A DNA stretch of 64,000 nucleotides. It comes from Eledone cirrhosa (lineage: Eukaryota). Below the pieces are notes generated by a model, which worked only from the letters and a program-made list of their open reading frames with translations, was not told where the DNA came from and searched no databases. The stretch spans positions 21,390,001 through 21,454,000 of the forward strand of contig OZ024757.1 of assembly GCA_964016885.1 (NCBI GenBank), read 5' to 3'. A program made the translations under genes and the position numbers. Positions 48,941-64,000 of this stretch are shown here, in pieces (position 1 is the stretch's first letter; each line of letters begins with the position of its first letter).

Positions 48941-50648
48941 TACAAATAAATTAATAAATAAAGTAGTAGTGTAGGAAAATATATGGCTGAATTGATAAGG
49001 TATTGTGAAGAATTTAAATCTGTTGAAGGTATTTTGTTATTTTGGGACTGGAACATTCTATGAGCTTCAATTCCCTTAGCTGTCAGCAATGGAAACCAGA
49101 TGAACCAGGTTTTAGGTATAGTGGTTAACTGGAAAGAGCTCAGGGAGGTGAAAACAAACCTTTGGTATCCTTTTCTAGAAAATTCTACAAATATTTCTAG
49201 CTACGAAGGGGGTGGGAAATATCAACAAACCCCGTGTCATGTGAGACTTAATAAATAATTGTTTCTGATTTAGGCAGAAAGGCCAGCAATTTGTGAGGAA
49301 GGATAAGTTGATTATATCGACCCCCAGTATTCAACTGGTACTTTTATTCCATTAATTTAGGTGCATAAGGCCAGTAATTTGGGCGAAGGGTAAAGTCACG
49401 TTAGTATTTACAGTATATACTTGAATATAAGCTGTGGAATATGTGACTAAAAAGTCGATGGTAGACTAAAAAGTCGATGGTAGGGTTGACATATTCAGGA
49501 CCAATGTTTTGGACCCATTTCTCACTTATAGTCGGGTTGACTTTTTTTAGTATATCTGGTAACTGCTAGATGTATTTTATTATTAATGGTTTCTAATTTA
49601 CACACAAGGTTAGTAATTTGGGGGAAGGAGAAAGTCAATTATATCAGTCCCAATATTTTACTGGTACTTTTATTTTATTAGTAATGATTTCTTATTTAGA
49701 CCCAAGGCCAGAAATATGTGAGGAGGGGAAAGTCAATCGAGACCCAGTGCTTAACTGGTACTTTAAACTCAGAACATAGAAAGTCCACATAACTAAATAC
49801 CACAACACAGTCTGTTGCTCTAACAATCCTGCCTACCACTGGCTCTGCCCTCACCTCTGTTTTTATTTTAATACAATAAATATCTAAAGACAAGAACTTC
49901 TATTTCTACCAATAAAAGAATTCTGCTGAAGAGAAAACCCTAAGATTCCAATAATTCTCTTTATTGATTTTCAAATTCTCTTTCAAGAGAAGTTTTTACC
50001 AAGTTTCTGTGATGTTATTGAATATTGAATGGAAAGGAATCAGTTAAAGAGGATGTGAACAGTGTTTAGCAAGCATGTGGATTTCCTTATTCCGCTCATT
50101 ATGGCCAACTTGATGTTGGAAAACACAAGACTATTTATTGACTGACATTTTGGACGATGGTTGAAATATTGTCTGCTTCAGCTTCAAAGTCAGGCCAGTA
50201 ATTTAGGAATGCAGAGTCTTGTCCCAATGGCAGAAGATCAATATTGATATATTGATTGAAAACATGCTGAAGACTTATTAAAAGAGAGAATATTTACAAA
50301 GAATAAAGAGAATACATGAAGAATAAATTAATATAATCTTATATAAAGGAAAAATCAAATGAAAAGATTTACTTTCTTTCATTTTCCAAACTAAAACAGT
50401 ATGAAAGAAGCACACATCTTTTTGCAATCCCTTATTGTCAAATAATATCATGTGGATTACATATTATGGTAGGTTAAAACTGGGTGTTGCAAGACTATAT
50501 TGGATTGTATATTTGCATTGTTTTCAGATCAACTTGGCTAAAAAAGGCTTTGAAATTGTGATCTACAGTGGACAGTTGATAATTGTCTGTCCATGTCCCT
50601 TCTGCTCAGATGTATATCAATATAATAAAATACAGTGGTTAGAGCACT

Positions 50649-50958
50649 GGAGGCACATGGCTTAGTGGTTAGAGCATTGGCCTTGCAATCGAAAGGTTGT
50701 GAGTTCAATTCTCAGACCGGGTGATGTGTTGTTTCCTTGAGCAAGACACTTTATTTCACATTGCTCCAGTTTACTCAGCTGTAGAAATGAGATGATAGGG
50801 ACTGTGGTCGTGCAGGTGACACGGCAAAAAAGCACCCAGCACTCACTGTAAATGAGGTTGGTGTTAGGAAGGGCATCCAGCTGTAGAAATCAAGCCAAAA
50901 ATCAGTTCCCGTCCCACCCTTGCAAGCAGGGAAAAAGCGGACGTAAAATGAAATGATG
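50649..50958 (+). mobile_element. Family A SINE
   Basis: A/B boxes and RTE tail. Confidence 0.9.
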
Positions 50959-51079
50959 ATTAAATGATTTCTCCCTTCTGAAAAAAAAAAAAAAAGAGTT
51001 CTTACTATTAATATTACTACTACTACTTCCACCACTATTGCTGCTATTGCTACTATTACTGTCAATGTGCATGAATGAC

Positions 51080-51400
51080 CAAGCATAGATGAGCTGAGAG
51101 TGAAACTGTGTAATAAGAGGGATAAACTGTAGTGTGTGGGAGAGGAGGCTGCATTGGTATGGCCATGTGATGTGCATGGAAGATGACCGCTGGATAAAGA
51201 AGTGCCAGGAAATCCTGGTGGAAGGAAGACGCAGTAGGGGAAGACCACGAAAAACATGGGCGGAGGTGGTGAGAGCTGACCTCAGATCACTGAAGCTCAC
51301 AGAGGAGATGACGAGCAATCATGACAAATAGAGAGATGCTGTGCTGTAGAGGACCCGTCCAACCCTTGCAAGCAAGGAAAAGCGGACGTAAAATGATGAT
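51080..51400 (+). mobile_element. RTE-clade LINE 3' end (ORF2 C-terminus plus 3' UTR)
   Basis: ERRLHWYGHVMCMEDDRWIKKCQEILVEGRRSRGRPRKTWAEVVRADL; tail CCCTTGCAAGCAAGGAAAAGCGGACGTAAAATGATGAT. Confidence 0.9.
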
Positions 51401-51663
51401 AAACACTTTAAAACAGTTTACATATCATAGATTACAGGGTGGTTTCAGGCAGTTTGGTATCAAAAAGGTTAAGTTAGTGTTTGGAACATAAAGATTCTTA
51501 CATACTTTTCTAATGGAAGGTTTTTAGATAAGTATAAACATTTTAAAATGAGCGGTTTTAGGTGGTTTGATATTGAAAAGGTTAAAGTTAATTATAATGT
51601 CTCACATTTATGTGTGTGTGTGAGTGTGTGTGTGAGTGTGAGTGTGAGTGTGAGTGTGTGTCT

Positions 51664-51696
<33 letters not shown>

Positions 51697-52075
51697 GTTA
51701 ATTATGAAAATTCACAACAAATGAATAGAATTGTTGCCAACGAAACTGAGCTTTCTCAAGTTACGTATTGAATGCTTCAAATTGTTGAACTATTAAATAA
51801 CTATCAGATTATGAGAATACAACTCTGGAAAACTGACTTGTTAGTCTACAAAATTAATTACTTCTAAAGAGCCTTCATTTATTTACAAAACTAACAGTTG
51901 GCTAATAACCAAGTTATAGAAATTCCTACCCCACTCCACATTGCTACAGAATATAATATGGAAAAGAAAAAAATATAAAAATAAAGACAATAAGCGAATG
52001 AAAAAAAGAAAACATAAACATGATGAGAATAAGCCAGAAATATTAACTGTTTTTCCATTTTAAACTTCTCAACTA

Positions 52076-52279
52076 CGAAGGTCTGCAGAAAAGTTCATAG
52101 GCTGATTATGAAGGAGTGGTGCTAGAGCTGCGAAATCTTGCATGCATTAATTTCAACTCTTCTTGTTAATAACTGCTGCATCATTGTTTCTTTCTATGTA
52201 CAATGTTGAAAAATAAACCACATTTGGTCATTTCATGAGAGTATCTTAGTCAGCCTATGCAGTTTTCAGCTGACCCTCG
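52076..52279. mobile_element. mariner-like MITE
   Basis: TA|CGAAGGTCTGCAGAAAAGTTCATAGGCTGA...TCAGCCTATGCAGTTTTCAGCTGACCCTCG|TA. Confidence 0.85.
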
Positions 52280-53224
52280 TATATCACAAATCAGCCATAT
52301 GAGAGGGATAATATATCACCATTCATACTTTTATTACACCTAACAGTAGTAATATTTGAATAAACATGCAAGGAAGTTATTCTTCAGAAGCAAAGTTTTA
52401 GTTTCAAATGAAATTTTACAATATATATTTTTTGTTTTTATTTTCAATTAAACTAAAATAAAATTTAATTCCTTAATCAAAAACAACAAAACCCTGCAAA
52501 AACTAATTAAATCTAATATTCCCAAAAGTGATAAAATGTTTAATTAGCAGCAGTAGTAGCATTGCATGTATTATTTTGTGTTCCAAAAACACACTTGTCA
52601 TTAGTTCTACCAATGAGATAATTGTGTGTACACCACCAGGTGGCTCTGCCTGTAGCATTTCTTCATCAAATAATTACATGTTATCATGCAATATTTTCAT
52701 TTAAAAACGTTTCATAATTATCAATTTAATTTGATATCAGAGTTTGTGGAAGACTTCTGTATTAAACTCCTGCAACAGAAAGTTTGATAAAGTAGAAATA
52801 CATGCAAAAGGCAGGATTTTGGTACTCAACAAACATACCAGGATTTGGTGCTCTTGGGTTTTAGAATATTCTGAGTCTTTGTGGTCATTGTTTCATATTT
52901 CAGGACATTTGTTTGATAATAAATTCTATTTTCTAATAGTAGGGATGGGAGCACTGATGGTCACTGCTGGCAATGGGCCAACCTATTCCACACACTGATG
53001 ATCTCTATTCCTTTTATTATCCATACTTCATCCCTTCACCTCCCCCATTTCAGGCCACATAACAAACCACCCACTGTTTCTTTCTTTTGACCATCCTTTC
53101 TCTTCAGACAACCACCCCCGCTGAAACTCTCTCCCCCCACACTGTCCACGTTTTTCTTACTACAGTTGTTGTCAAACATGAACATCGATTATATGAATCT
53201 CACCAATGTCTTGGCAGGTCTTTG

Positions 53225-54127
53225 AAAGGTCACACTTGTGGTCCCTTCGCCACTGACCTCCATATTAAAGGTCACACTTGTGGTCCCCTTGCCACTGACC
53301 TCCACATTAAAGGTCACACTTGTGGTCCCTTCGCCACTGACCTCCATATTAAAGGTCACACTTGTGGTCCCCTTGCCACTGACCTCCACATTAAAGGTCA
53401 CACTTGTGGTCCCTTCGCCACTGACCTCCATATTAAAGGTCACACTTGTGGTCCCCTTGCCACTGACCTCCACATTAAAGGTCACACTTGTGGTCCCTTC
53501 GCCACTGACCTCCATATTAAAGGTCACACTTGTGGTCCCCTTGCCACTGACCTCCACATTAAAGGTCACACTTGTGGTCCCCTCTCCACTGACCTCCTCA
53601 TTAAAGGTCACACTTGTGGTCCCCTTTCCACTGACCTCCTCATTAAAGGTCACACTTGTGGTCCCCTCGCCACTGACCTCCTCATTAAAGGTCACACTGT
53701 GGTCCCCTCGCCACTGACCTCCACATTAAAAGTCACACTTGTGGTCCCCTTTCCACTGACCTCATTAAAGGTCACACTTGTGGTCCCCTCGCCACTGACC
53801 TCCACATTAAAAGTCACACTTGTGGTCCCCTCGCCACTGACCTCATTAAAGGTCACACTTGTGGTCCCCTTGCCACTGACCTCCTCATTAAAGGTCACAC
53901 TTGTGGTCCCCTCTCCACTGACCTCCTCATTAAAGGTCACACTTGTGGTCCCCTTTCCACTGACCTCCTCATTAAAGGTCACACTGTGGTCCCCTCGCCA
54001 CTGACCTCCACATTAAAAGTCACACTTGTGGTCCCCTCGCCACTGACCTCATTAAAGGTCACACTTGTGGTCCCCTTGCCACTGACCTCCTCATTAAAGG
54101 TCACACTTGTAGTCCCCTTTCCACTGA
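53225..54127. repeat. 42-bp minisatellite (~22 copies; 84-bp dimer at the start)
   Basis: Unit AAAGGTCACACTTGTGGTCCCTTCGCCACTGACCTCCATATT. Confidence 0.95.
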
Positions 54128-54917
54128 ATGTCCATATTAAATTGCTATGATGTAAGTAATTGGACAAACACAATACATCACTGAGGGCTCAATATATTAA
54201 TATCATACACAAACGTCACTTAAACTTCTATAGATTAAACTTCTCTTCCATTTTGTCATGTCACATCATACAGAAGATATTGTCATGTTAACATGTGATC
54301 CTTTACATTGAGATAGCTCAGTCAAATGACAGCTCAAAACCCCATATTGAAAGACTTGATCGCTGAGATACATCTAAACATATACAAACACAATAAACAC
54401 ATACAGCAATATAATCTCTTAACATCCTGTAATCATTTAACAGAAAATAATCTAAACATAGGTTTATTAATTCAAATATTTATAGTATCTTTACTACAGA
54501 ACAGATAATTGTGAAAATTGTGAAAATGTACAATATCACTGGGAGGGGTGTAGCAGAAAATAATCTAAACAGGTTTGTGAATTCAATGTTTACAGTATAT
54601 TTATGGATATTATATGGATATTTGTAGTAAATTAAAGACTTTAAAGTTTAATGTGATACAGTCATATCCTACAGACAATGAATTGGCAGAAAATTTCTAC
54701 AACCAGGTTTATTCATTCAAATGTTTATAGTATATTTACTACTGAAAAGATTAGTTTCAAACACGATCTTCGTAATGAGATAGTTATATTACTAAATCTT
54801 TCCAAATTCTTGACTATGTAAAAAAATTGATTGCAAATCATACACTGTCTTTCATTAGAAATATATATATACAGTGTGTGTATGTGTGTGTATATGTATT
54901 CATGTATGTATGTGGAT

Positions 54918-55256
54918 GGAGACACATGGCTTAGTGGTTAGAGCATTGGCTTTGCAATCGAAAGGTTGTGAGTTCAATTCTCAGACTGGGTGATGGTGTT
55001 GTTTCCTTGAGCAAGACACTTTATTTCACATTGCTCCAGTTTACTCAGTTGTAGAAATGAGATGACAGGACTGGGGTCCCTATCATTCCACTGCAAAGTG
55101 GTCGTGGAGGTGCCACGGAAAAAAAGCACCCAGCACTCACTGTAAATGAGGTTGGTGTTAGGAAGGGCCTCCAGCTGTAGAAATCAAGCCAGCATCAGTT
55201 CCCATCCCACCCTTGCAAGCAGGGAAAAACTGGACGTAAAATGATAATGATGATGA
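54918..55256 (+). mobile_element. Family A SINE
   Basis: A/B boxes and RTE tail. Confidence 0.9.
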
Positions 55257-55557
55257 TATATATCGACAGTCAATCGACTTTCGTTAAATCGGACAGAGGA
55301 AACGATGTTTCCGTTGGTCTTTCTATTTGCTAATACTTTCTATCAGTCGCAACTCCAGGTAGAAGAAGCAGCGAGAAATGAAGTGTCTTGCTCAAGGACA
55401 TAACACATCTCCCACATGGCCGAGTGGTTAGAGAATTGGATATATATATCTATATATATATATAGTATTTTCCGTAGTGTTGTAATATGAATATTACACA
55501 CAGTAGATGGACAGCTCACGTAGGGTTTGCTCGATGGTTCCAGTCTGCATAATTAAT

Positions 55558-55618
55558 ACTTTGTAGATAGCAGCTGTTTTCAGGTTATATAACTGTTATT
55601 GAAACACGTGTCAATAAA
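55558..55618 (+). ncRNA. Degenerate Penelope-type hammerhead (family H8) in an element bounded by TA tracts (~55465-55655)
   Basis: TTGTAGA-TAGCAG...CTGTTA-TT-GAAAC-ACGT-GTC-AATAAA. Confidence 0.45.
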
Positions 55619-55657
55619 TTCCTTTTACTGAACTGTATCCATTTAAATCCTTCTATC

Positions 55658-55693
<36 letters not shown>

Positions 55694-55999
55694 TATATAA
55701 TGTGCATATACACCCAAGCACCTATCTACCGCAATTTTAAATTTCACAAGCTATTTAAACGTAATGTTATTACTCTAAGGACCTACCCTGATTGAGTGCT
55801 TTGCTACTCATTCCTTATTGTAGGTCGACTTTGCTTGGCCACAGCCTAAGCTTCAATTTTACTAAGCTTCCACTTGTATATATATATATTTCTTCTTTCT
55901 TTTTTTCTTGCCTTCCTCCTCTTTACACCCTCACTTATACCTCTAATTCGCTCCACGTCCTTTTCTTCTTTGTTTATCATATTATTATTTGTGGCCCTT

Positions 56000-56125
56000 G
56001 CTATTCTGAGTTCAAATCCCCACCGAGGTTAACTTTGCCTTTCATCCTTACGGGGTCGATAAAATAAAGTACCAGTAATGCACTGGGTTATTGCTGGCCC
56101 TGTGCCAATAGTAGAAACAATTATT
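56000..56125 (+). mobile_element. Family C SINE, 5' truncated
   Basis: GAGTTCAAATCC..GCCTTTCATCCTTACGGGGTCGATAAAATAAAGTACCAG. Confidence 0.85.
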
Positions 56126-56220
56126 TGTGGTATATAAATGTTGAGATTTGATGAAATAAATCACTGCCAATACAGGAATTGAAATATAAAGACTGCAGAG
56201 GTATGTCATATATCAAATCA

Positions 56221-56290
56221 TATATTTTATCTGACGAGGACGTACTGATAAAAAAAAACAACACAGTACCTTCGAAATATATATAATAAA
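56221..56290 (+). ncRNA. Hammerhead ribozyme, third copy of family H1
   Basis: TTTAT-CTGACGA-GGACGTACTG..CAGTACCTTC-GAAA-TATATATA-ATAAA; flanks homologous to 9692-9950. Confidence 0.8.
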
Positions 56291-56363
56291 GCATATATTC
56301 TGATTATGTGAATATCTTCATTTGTTAATATTTTGAATAATATATATATATATAAATATAAAT

Positions 56364-56908
56364 GTCACTGGAACGAGATCTTTGGCGGTACTCAGTAATA
56401 GAGAAGACCCGCCTTACCTAAATACAAAGTAAAACCTACTACAGTCAGTAGGCATCTCTAACAAAATACACCCCCGTCCACACCGCCCCTTTCAATGTAA
56501 AGTTATGTTGGTGCCACAACATCCAGGCCGAAACAAATGAGATCGTGTAGGTGTCACGACAAAAAAACACACAGTCCACGCTGTAATGTGGCCGTGTAGG
56601 CAACACGGTAAAAACCTCCCAGTCCCACACTGTAAATGTGGTTGGTGTTAGGAAGGGCATCCAGCTGTAGAAAACCCGCCAGACAGTCCACGCTGTAATG
56701 TGGCCGTGTAGGCAACACGGTAAAAACCTCCCAGCCCCACACTGTAAACGTGGTTGGTGTTAGGAAGGGCATCCAGCTGTAGAAAACCCGCCAGACAGTC
56801 CTATGCGAGCAATGACAACCACTCTTGCCTCAAGTGGGAAAACTCCCGTCCAAACCCATGCAAGCGTGGAACATGGGCGTTAAACGATGATGATGATGAT
56901 GATGATGA
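56364..56908 (+). mobile_element. Family B RTE-derived element with 5' RTE remnant
   Basis: CGAGATCTTTGGCGG..GAAGACCCG, body, (GAT)n tail. Confidence 0.85.
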
Positions 56909-57041
56909 TATATTTTTTTTTAATATTCCATTTACCAGTTTTCTTTTACATATGTCTAGTCAGACAGCACTTTAAACATGCACCGATTCCATATTTGTTG
57001 AGGTCGACAGGGTTGGGCTAGAAACATATATCTGACACATG

Positions 57042-57089
<48 letters not shown>

Positions 57090-57127
57090 GAAAACTTGGA
57101 TGGGAACAAAAACAGAGAGGCAGTACA

Positions 57128-57163
<36 letters not shown>

Positions 57164-57954
57164 CAGCTTCACTAAACAAAATAATATAGGGAGAAATTCC
57201 ACCTACTCATCCATCCAAACATACATACACCCACCCAGCCAACCACCCACCCAACCACCCACCCATCCAACCATCCAGCCAGCCACCCATTCATTCATTC
57301 ATCAATCTATTGGAATTTGGATGGAACAATGAAGGGGACAGCTATATACATATATATATATATATATATATGTTAAATATATATATATATGTTAAATGAT
57401 GATGTGTATATATATATATATATACACACACATCATTTAACATCCATCATATGTGTATATATTTTTATATCTATTTATACTCACCCACACACATATACAT
57501 ATGGGTACATGTGTATAGGTGTTTATATATATATATATGTGTGTGTGCGTGTGTGTATATGTATATATATACATACATATATATATACATATATACACAA
57601 GCATACACAGACATATATATATATATGAGTAATACCTGGGCAGTGGAAATGATGAAGGAATTCAGTGATATCGGTGGGAGGCTTTGCTAGAAAGGACCAG
57701 TCCAACCCATGCCAGCATGGAAAGGAAGACATAGAAAGGGTGATGAGAGAGGGGGTGGGGGGTTCCTTTATCAATAATTTGATGATATCAGTGATCAGAT
57801 TGCTGTGCCTCAATGACAATTGTGAAACATTACCTCCCAACCATGACCCTCCTGTCTAGAGCTGCCATCCTTCAGTGGCTACATAACTACCCCAGCCCCC
57901 ATTGACACACCCTGACTGATGGGGGAGAGGGACAAGGAAGATGACACAAGAGAC

Positions 57955-58607
57955 GGTGGTGGTGGTGGGAGAGACAGTGGAGGTGGTGGTGGTGGGAGAG
58001 ACAGTGGAGGTGGTGGGAGAGACAGTGGTGGGAGATACTGTGGAGGTGGGGTGGTGGGAGAGACAGTGGTGGTGGGAGAGACAGTGGAAGTGGTGGGAGA
58101 TACTGTGGAGGTGGGGTGGTGGTGGGAGAGACAGTGGAGGTGGTGGGAGAGACAGTGGTGGGAGATACTGTGGAGGTGGGGTGGTGGTGGGAGATACAGT
58201 GGAGGTGGTGGGAGAGACAGTGGTGGGAGATACTGTGGAGGTGGTGGTGGTGGTGGGAGAGACAGTGGAAGTGGTGGGAGATACTGTGGAGGTGGGGTGG
58301 TGGTGGGAGATACAGTGGAGGTGGGGTGGTGGGATATACTGTGCAGGTGGTGGTGGTGGTGGTGGTGGGATATACTGTGCAGGTGGTGGTGGTGGTGGGA
58401 GATACTGTGGAGGTGGGGTGGTGGTGGGAGATACTGTGGAGGTGGGGTGGTGGGAGAGACAGTGGTGGTGGTGGGAGATACTGTGGAGGTGGGTGGTGGT
58501 GGGAGATACAGTGGAGGTGGGGTGGTGGGAGAGACAGTGGTGGTGGTGGGAGATGCTGTAGAGGTGGTGGGAGAGAGAGTGGTGGGCGATACTGTGGAGG
58601 TGGTGGC
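57955..58607. repeat. G-rich GGT/GGGAGA minisatellite
   Basis: Direct reading. Confidence 0.9.
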
Positions 58608-58747
58608 GGAGTTATACTTGTTACATGGACCTCTCTCCTCTACCCCACCCCGATAATGTTACTGGTAAGGTGATTCATCTATACAACACAACATTTGCTC
58701 CCCCCCCTCACACACACACACACACACACACATACACATATATATAT

Positions 58748-59032
58748 AATAATAATAATGAAATTATTGTGTACAGTGCTCAGGTGCACTACAACTCATC
58801 AAAGGTGCATGTATAGTACATAGAATAATGTACAAATGTCAGGAAAATAAACAGTGTATGAGTCATGATATAATAACAATAACAATAATGAAATATTGTG
58901 CACAGTGCCCAGGTGCACCACAACCCATCAAAAAAGTGCATGTACAGTACATAGGGCAATGCACAAACATCAGTAAAATGAACAGTGCACACATGTGTGC
59001 ATGTGTATGGAAGGGGCACATCAGGTGTAGTA
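58748..59032 (-). mobile_element. Two adjacent diverged copies of a probable LINE 3' UTR with (TAT)n tail
   Basis: ATAATGAAA..TTGTG.ACAGTGC.CAGGTGCAC.ACAAC occurs at ~58755 and ~58885. Confidence 0.55.
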
Positions 59033-59351
59033 TATATGGAATTAAACATTCCCCCATACACAAAAGTACACACACACACACAAATGTTGACACATACACT
59101 ACCTGTATTGATATATATACACACACAAACATCAGGCATTCCAATGGATGACCACACACACACCTTTATACATATACAGTTACACCCTGTATCAAGTAAA
59201 CACATGCATACACATATAGGCTCTATATGAAAACACACACACACACACACACCCTATATAAAGATGTACACACACACATACTCTACACAAGAGTACACAC
59301 ATCTGTGTAGAAAGGTACCTACACATATATATATATTGTATTATATACACC

Positions 59352-59542
59352 CAGGGAGGGCCGTCTTGTCTTAAGGCATGGATGGGCACGCTGGCCAGTT
59401 GCCCGGGGGGGGGGGGGGGGCACGAGGATAGAGGGCCCATTTGTATTTTTATTCCTGTGAGTGGTTGTGTAGGTAGGGACCCCAGTGCTCTGCTTTGCCC
59501 CCCCCCCCCCGGGGGCCCTATAATGGTGTTAAGAAGGCCCTG
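59352..59542. mobile_element. hAT-type MITE
   Basis: Ends CAGGG(AGGG)CCGTCTT / AAGAAGGCCCTG; perfect 8-bp TSD TATACACC. Confidence 0.85.
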
Positions 59543-59756
59543 TATACACCCTGTTTATATACAAAAGTACAGATACTCACACACATATATACACTGTATA
59601 TATACACTGTATATAAAAGAACAGACACTGACTGGACATTCCAATACATGACCACCACCACCACCAACTATAGTTGAGGTCTCTTACAGTGATTGAACTC
59701 ATGTTTTGTTTTGTTTTCCTTCTCTCTCTCTCTCTCCCTACCATTACCCCCCCCCC

Positions 59757-61001
59757 ATCCACCACCATTATCCACTGTGTCACCACCATCACCATCAATG
59801 TGTCACCACCACCACCATCAACACCTCCACCACCATTAACAGCCCCATCATCACTGTGCTGTCACCACCTCCATCACAAACATCACCACTGTCATCACCA
59901 CCACCACTACTATCACCACTACCACCACCACCACCACCACTATGACCAGTCACCACTACCACCACTGTCACCATCACCACTACTATCACCACTGTCACCA
60001 CCACCACTACCACCACTGTCACCAGTTACCACTACTACCACTACCACCACTACTATCACCACTGTCACCACCACCACTACTATCACCACCACAACTGTCA
60101 CCACTGTCACCACCACCACTACCACCACTGTCACCAGTTACCACTACTACCACTACCACCACTACTATCACCACTGTCACCACCACCACTACCACCACTG
60201 TCACCAGTTACCACTACTACCACTACCACCACTACTATCACCACTGTCACCACCACCACTACCACCACTGTCACCAGTTACCACTACTACCACTACCACC
60301 ACTATTATCACCACTGTCACCACCACCACTACCACCACTGTCACCAGTTACCACTACTACCACTACCACCACTATTATCACCACTGTCACCACCACCACT
60401 ACCACCACTGTCACCAGTTACCACTACTACCACTACCACCACTATTATCACCACTGTCACCACCACCACTACCACCACTGTCACCAGTTACCACTACTAC
60501 CACTACCACCACCACTACCACCACTGTCACCACCACCACTACTATCACCACCACAACTGTCACCACTGTCACCACTACTATCACCACTACCACCATCACC
60601 ACCACTGTCACCACCACCACTACCACCACTGTCACCAGTTACCACTACTACCACCACCACCACTACTATCACCACTGTCACCACCACCACTACCACCACT
60701 GTCACCAGTTAGCACTACTACCACTACCACCACTATTATCACCACTGTCACCACCACCACTACCACCCACTGTCACCACCACCACTACTATCACCACTGT
60801 CACCACCACCACAACTGTCACCACTGTCACCACTACTATCACCACTACCACCATCACCACCACTGTCCCCACCACCACTACCACCACTGTCACCATCACC
60901 ACCACCATCACCACCACTGTCACCACTACCACCACCACCACTATTATCACCACTGTCACCGCCACCACCACTACCACCACCACCACCACCACCACCACCC
61001 A
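59757..61001. repeat. (CAC/TAC)n tract with a ~70-bp higher-order unit
   Basis: Recurrent CTGTCACCAGTTACCAC marker. Confidence 0.9.
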
Positions 61002-61159
61002 CTGCTTAGTTCAATGAGAGAGAAGAGGAGGGTGAATCTGCTAAAGCCACTCATGTGTGAATGTTATTTACTAATTTGATCTGGTGATGAATAATTTCTC
61101 TCTATCACACATTACACACACCAGTGTGTATATATATTTGATCTCTTCATGAATATATA

Positions 61160-62852
<1,693 letters not shown>

Positions 62853-63099
62853 ATCTGTGTGCCAGGAATGTCACAACTGGAAGAGAATGGGATAGGAATG
62901 TATGTAATAGTTATAGTGAGATGTCTCAGAAGAAAGAAAGAAAAAAACAAACAAGATAAGTGGGGTGGGTGGGGAGATGGGGTGGGGTGGGGAGGTGTTG
63001 GGTAAGTTTTTGCAGAGGTGTTGGGTAAGTAGGTGGATGAAGAGAGAATGGTGGTCTTGCTGTTGGTGTTGTTAAGTGGTGGTTGTTGATGTGTTGTTG

Positions 63100-63742
63100 G
63101 GTAGGTGTGTGGGTGGGTGTGTGGGTAGGTAGGTAGGTGTCTGAGGTGTGTAGGTAGGTGTGTGGGTAAGTGTGTGAGGTGTGTAGGTAGGTGTGTGAGG
63201 TGTGTAGGTAGGTGTGTGGGTAGGTGTGTGAGGTGTGTAGGTAGGTGTCTGAGGTGTGTAGGTAGGTGTGTGGGTAGGTGTGTGAGGTCTGTATGTAGGT
63301 GTCTGAGGTGTGTGGGTAGGTGTGTAGGTAGGTGTGTGGGTAGGTGTGTAGGTAGGTGTGTGGGTAGGTGTGTAGGTAGGTGTGTGGGTAGGTGTGTGGG
63401 TAGGTGTGTGGGTAGGTGTGTGAGGTGTGTAGGTAGGTGTCTGAGGTGTGTAGGTAGGTGTCTGAGGTGTGTAAGTGTCTGAGGTGTGTAGGTAGGTGTG
63501 TGGCTAAGTGTGTGAGGTGTGTAGGTAGGTGTGTGAGTGAGGTGTGTAGGTAGGTGTGTAGGTAGGTGTGTGGGTAGGTGTGTGAGGTAGGTGTCTGAGG
63601 TGTGAGGTAGGTGTCTGAGGTATGTAGGTAGGTGTCTGAGGTAGGTGTGTGAGGTAGGTGTGTGAGGTAGGTGTCTGAGGTAGGTGTGTGAGGTAGGTGT
63701 CTGAGGTAGGTGTGTGAGGTAGGTGTGTGAGGTAGGTGTGTC
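63100..63742. repeat. GTGT/AGGT 12-bp-type tandem repeat
   Basis: Direct reading. Confidence 0.9.
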
Positions 63743-64000
63743 AAGAAATAAACAAATACAGACAAGCGATAAATAAATGAAATAATTAAATAAAGATAAA
63801 ATAGTCAATGATAATTGGACAGATCAAATATTTACAAATAATTAAGATTTTTATATATTACACCTCACCGGGATATAAAGAAGAGAGAGGGGGCGATAGA
63901 AAGAGAGTGAGGGGGGTAGAGGCGAGAGGGAGGGGGGTAGAGAGGCGAGAGAAAGGGGGAAAGAGAGGGAAGAGAGACGGGAGAGAGAGGGGGATAGAGG

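Noticed and set aside
55262-55350. Minus-strand CTGATAG...GAAAGTCGATTGACTG hammerhead candidate
   Set aside because: No valid NUH triplet and no convincing stem II.

Overview
Eukaryotic, repeat-saturated, essentially non-coding DNA. The SINE and LINE families are most consistent with a coleoid cephalopod (octopus); this is from recall of family motifs, not a search. No intact protein-coding gene is supported. Nearly all long ORFs are translations of micro- and minisatellites, and the only real coding remnants are C-terminal fragments of RTE-clade and L1/Tx1-clade LINEs. The window contains: (i) many tRNA-derived and RTE-tailed SINEs; (ii) MITEs of piggyBac-like (TTAA), mariner/Tc1 (TA) and hAT (8-bp TSD) type, and a probable non-autonomous Helitron; (iii) more than 20 tandem arrays, many built from internal or terminal pieces of transposons; (iv) about a dozen intact or degenerate type I hammerhead-ribozyme motifs from several unrelated short Penelope/retrozyme-like families, often in inverted pairs and in (TA)n tracts; (v) a textbook recursive-splice-site (ratchet point) motif on the minus strand at ~28.88 kb with branch point, polypyrimidine tract and a 56-nt cryptic RS-exon, suggesting the window lies inside a giant intron of a minus-strand gene.
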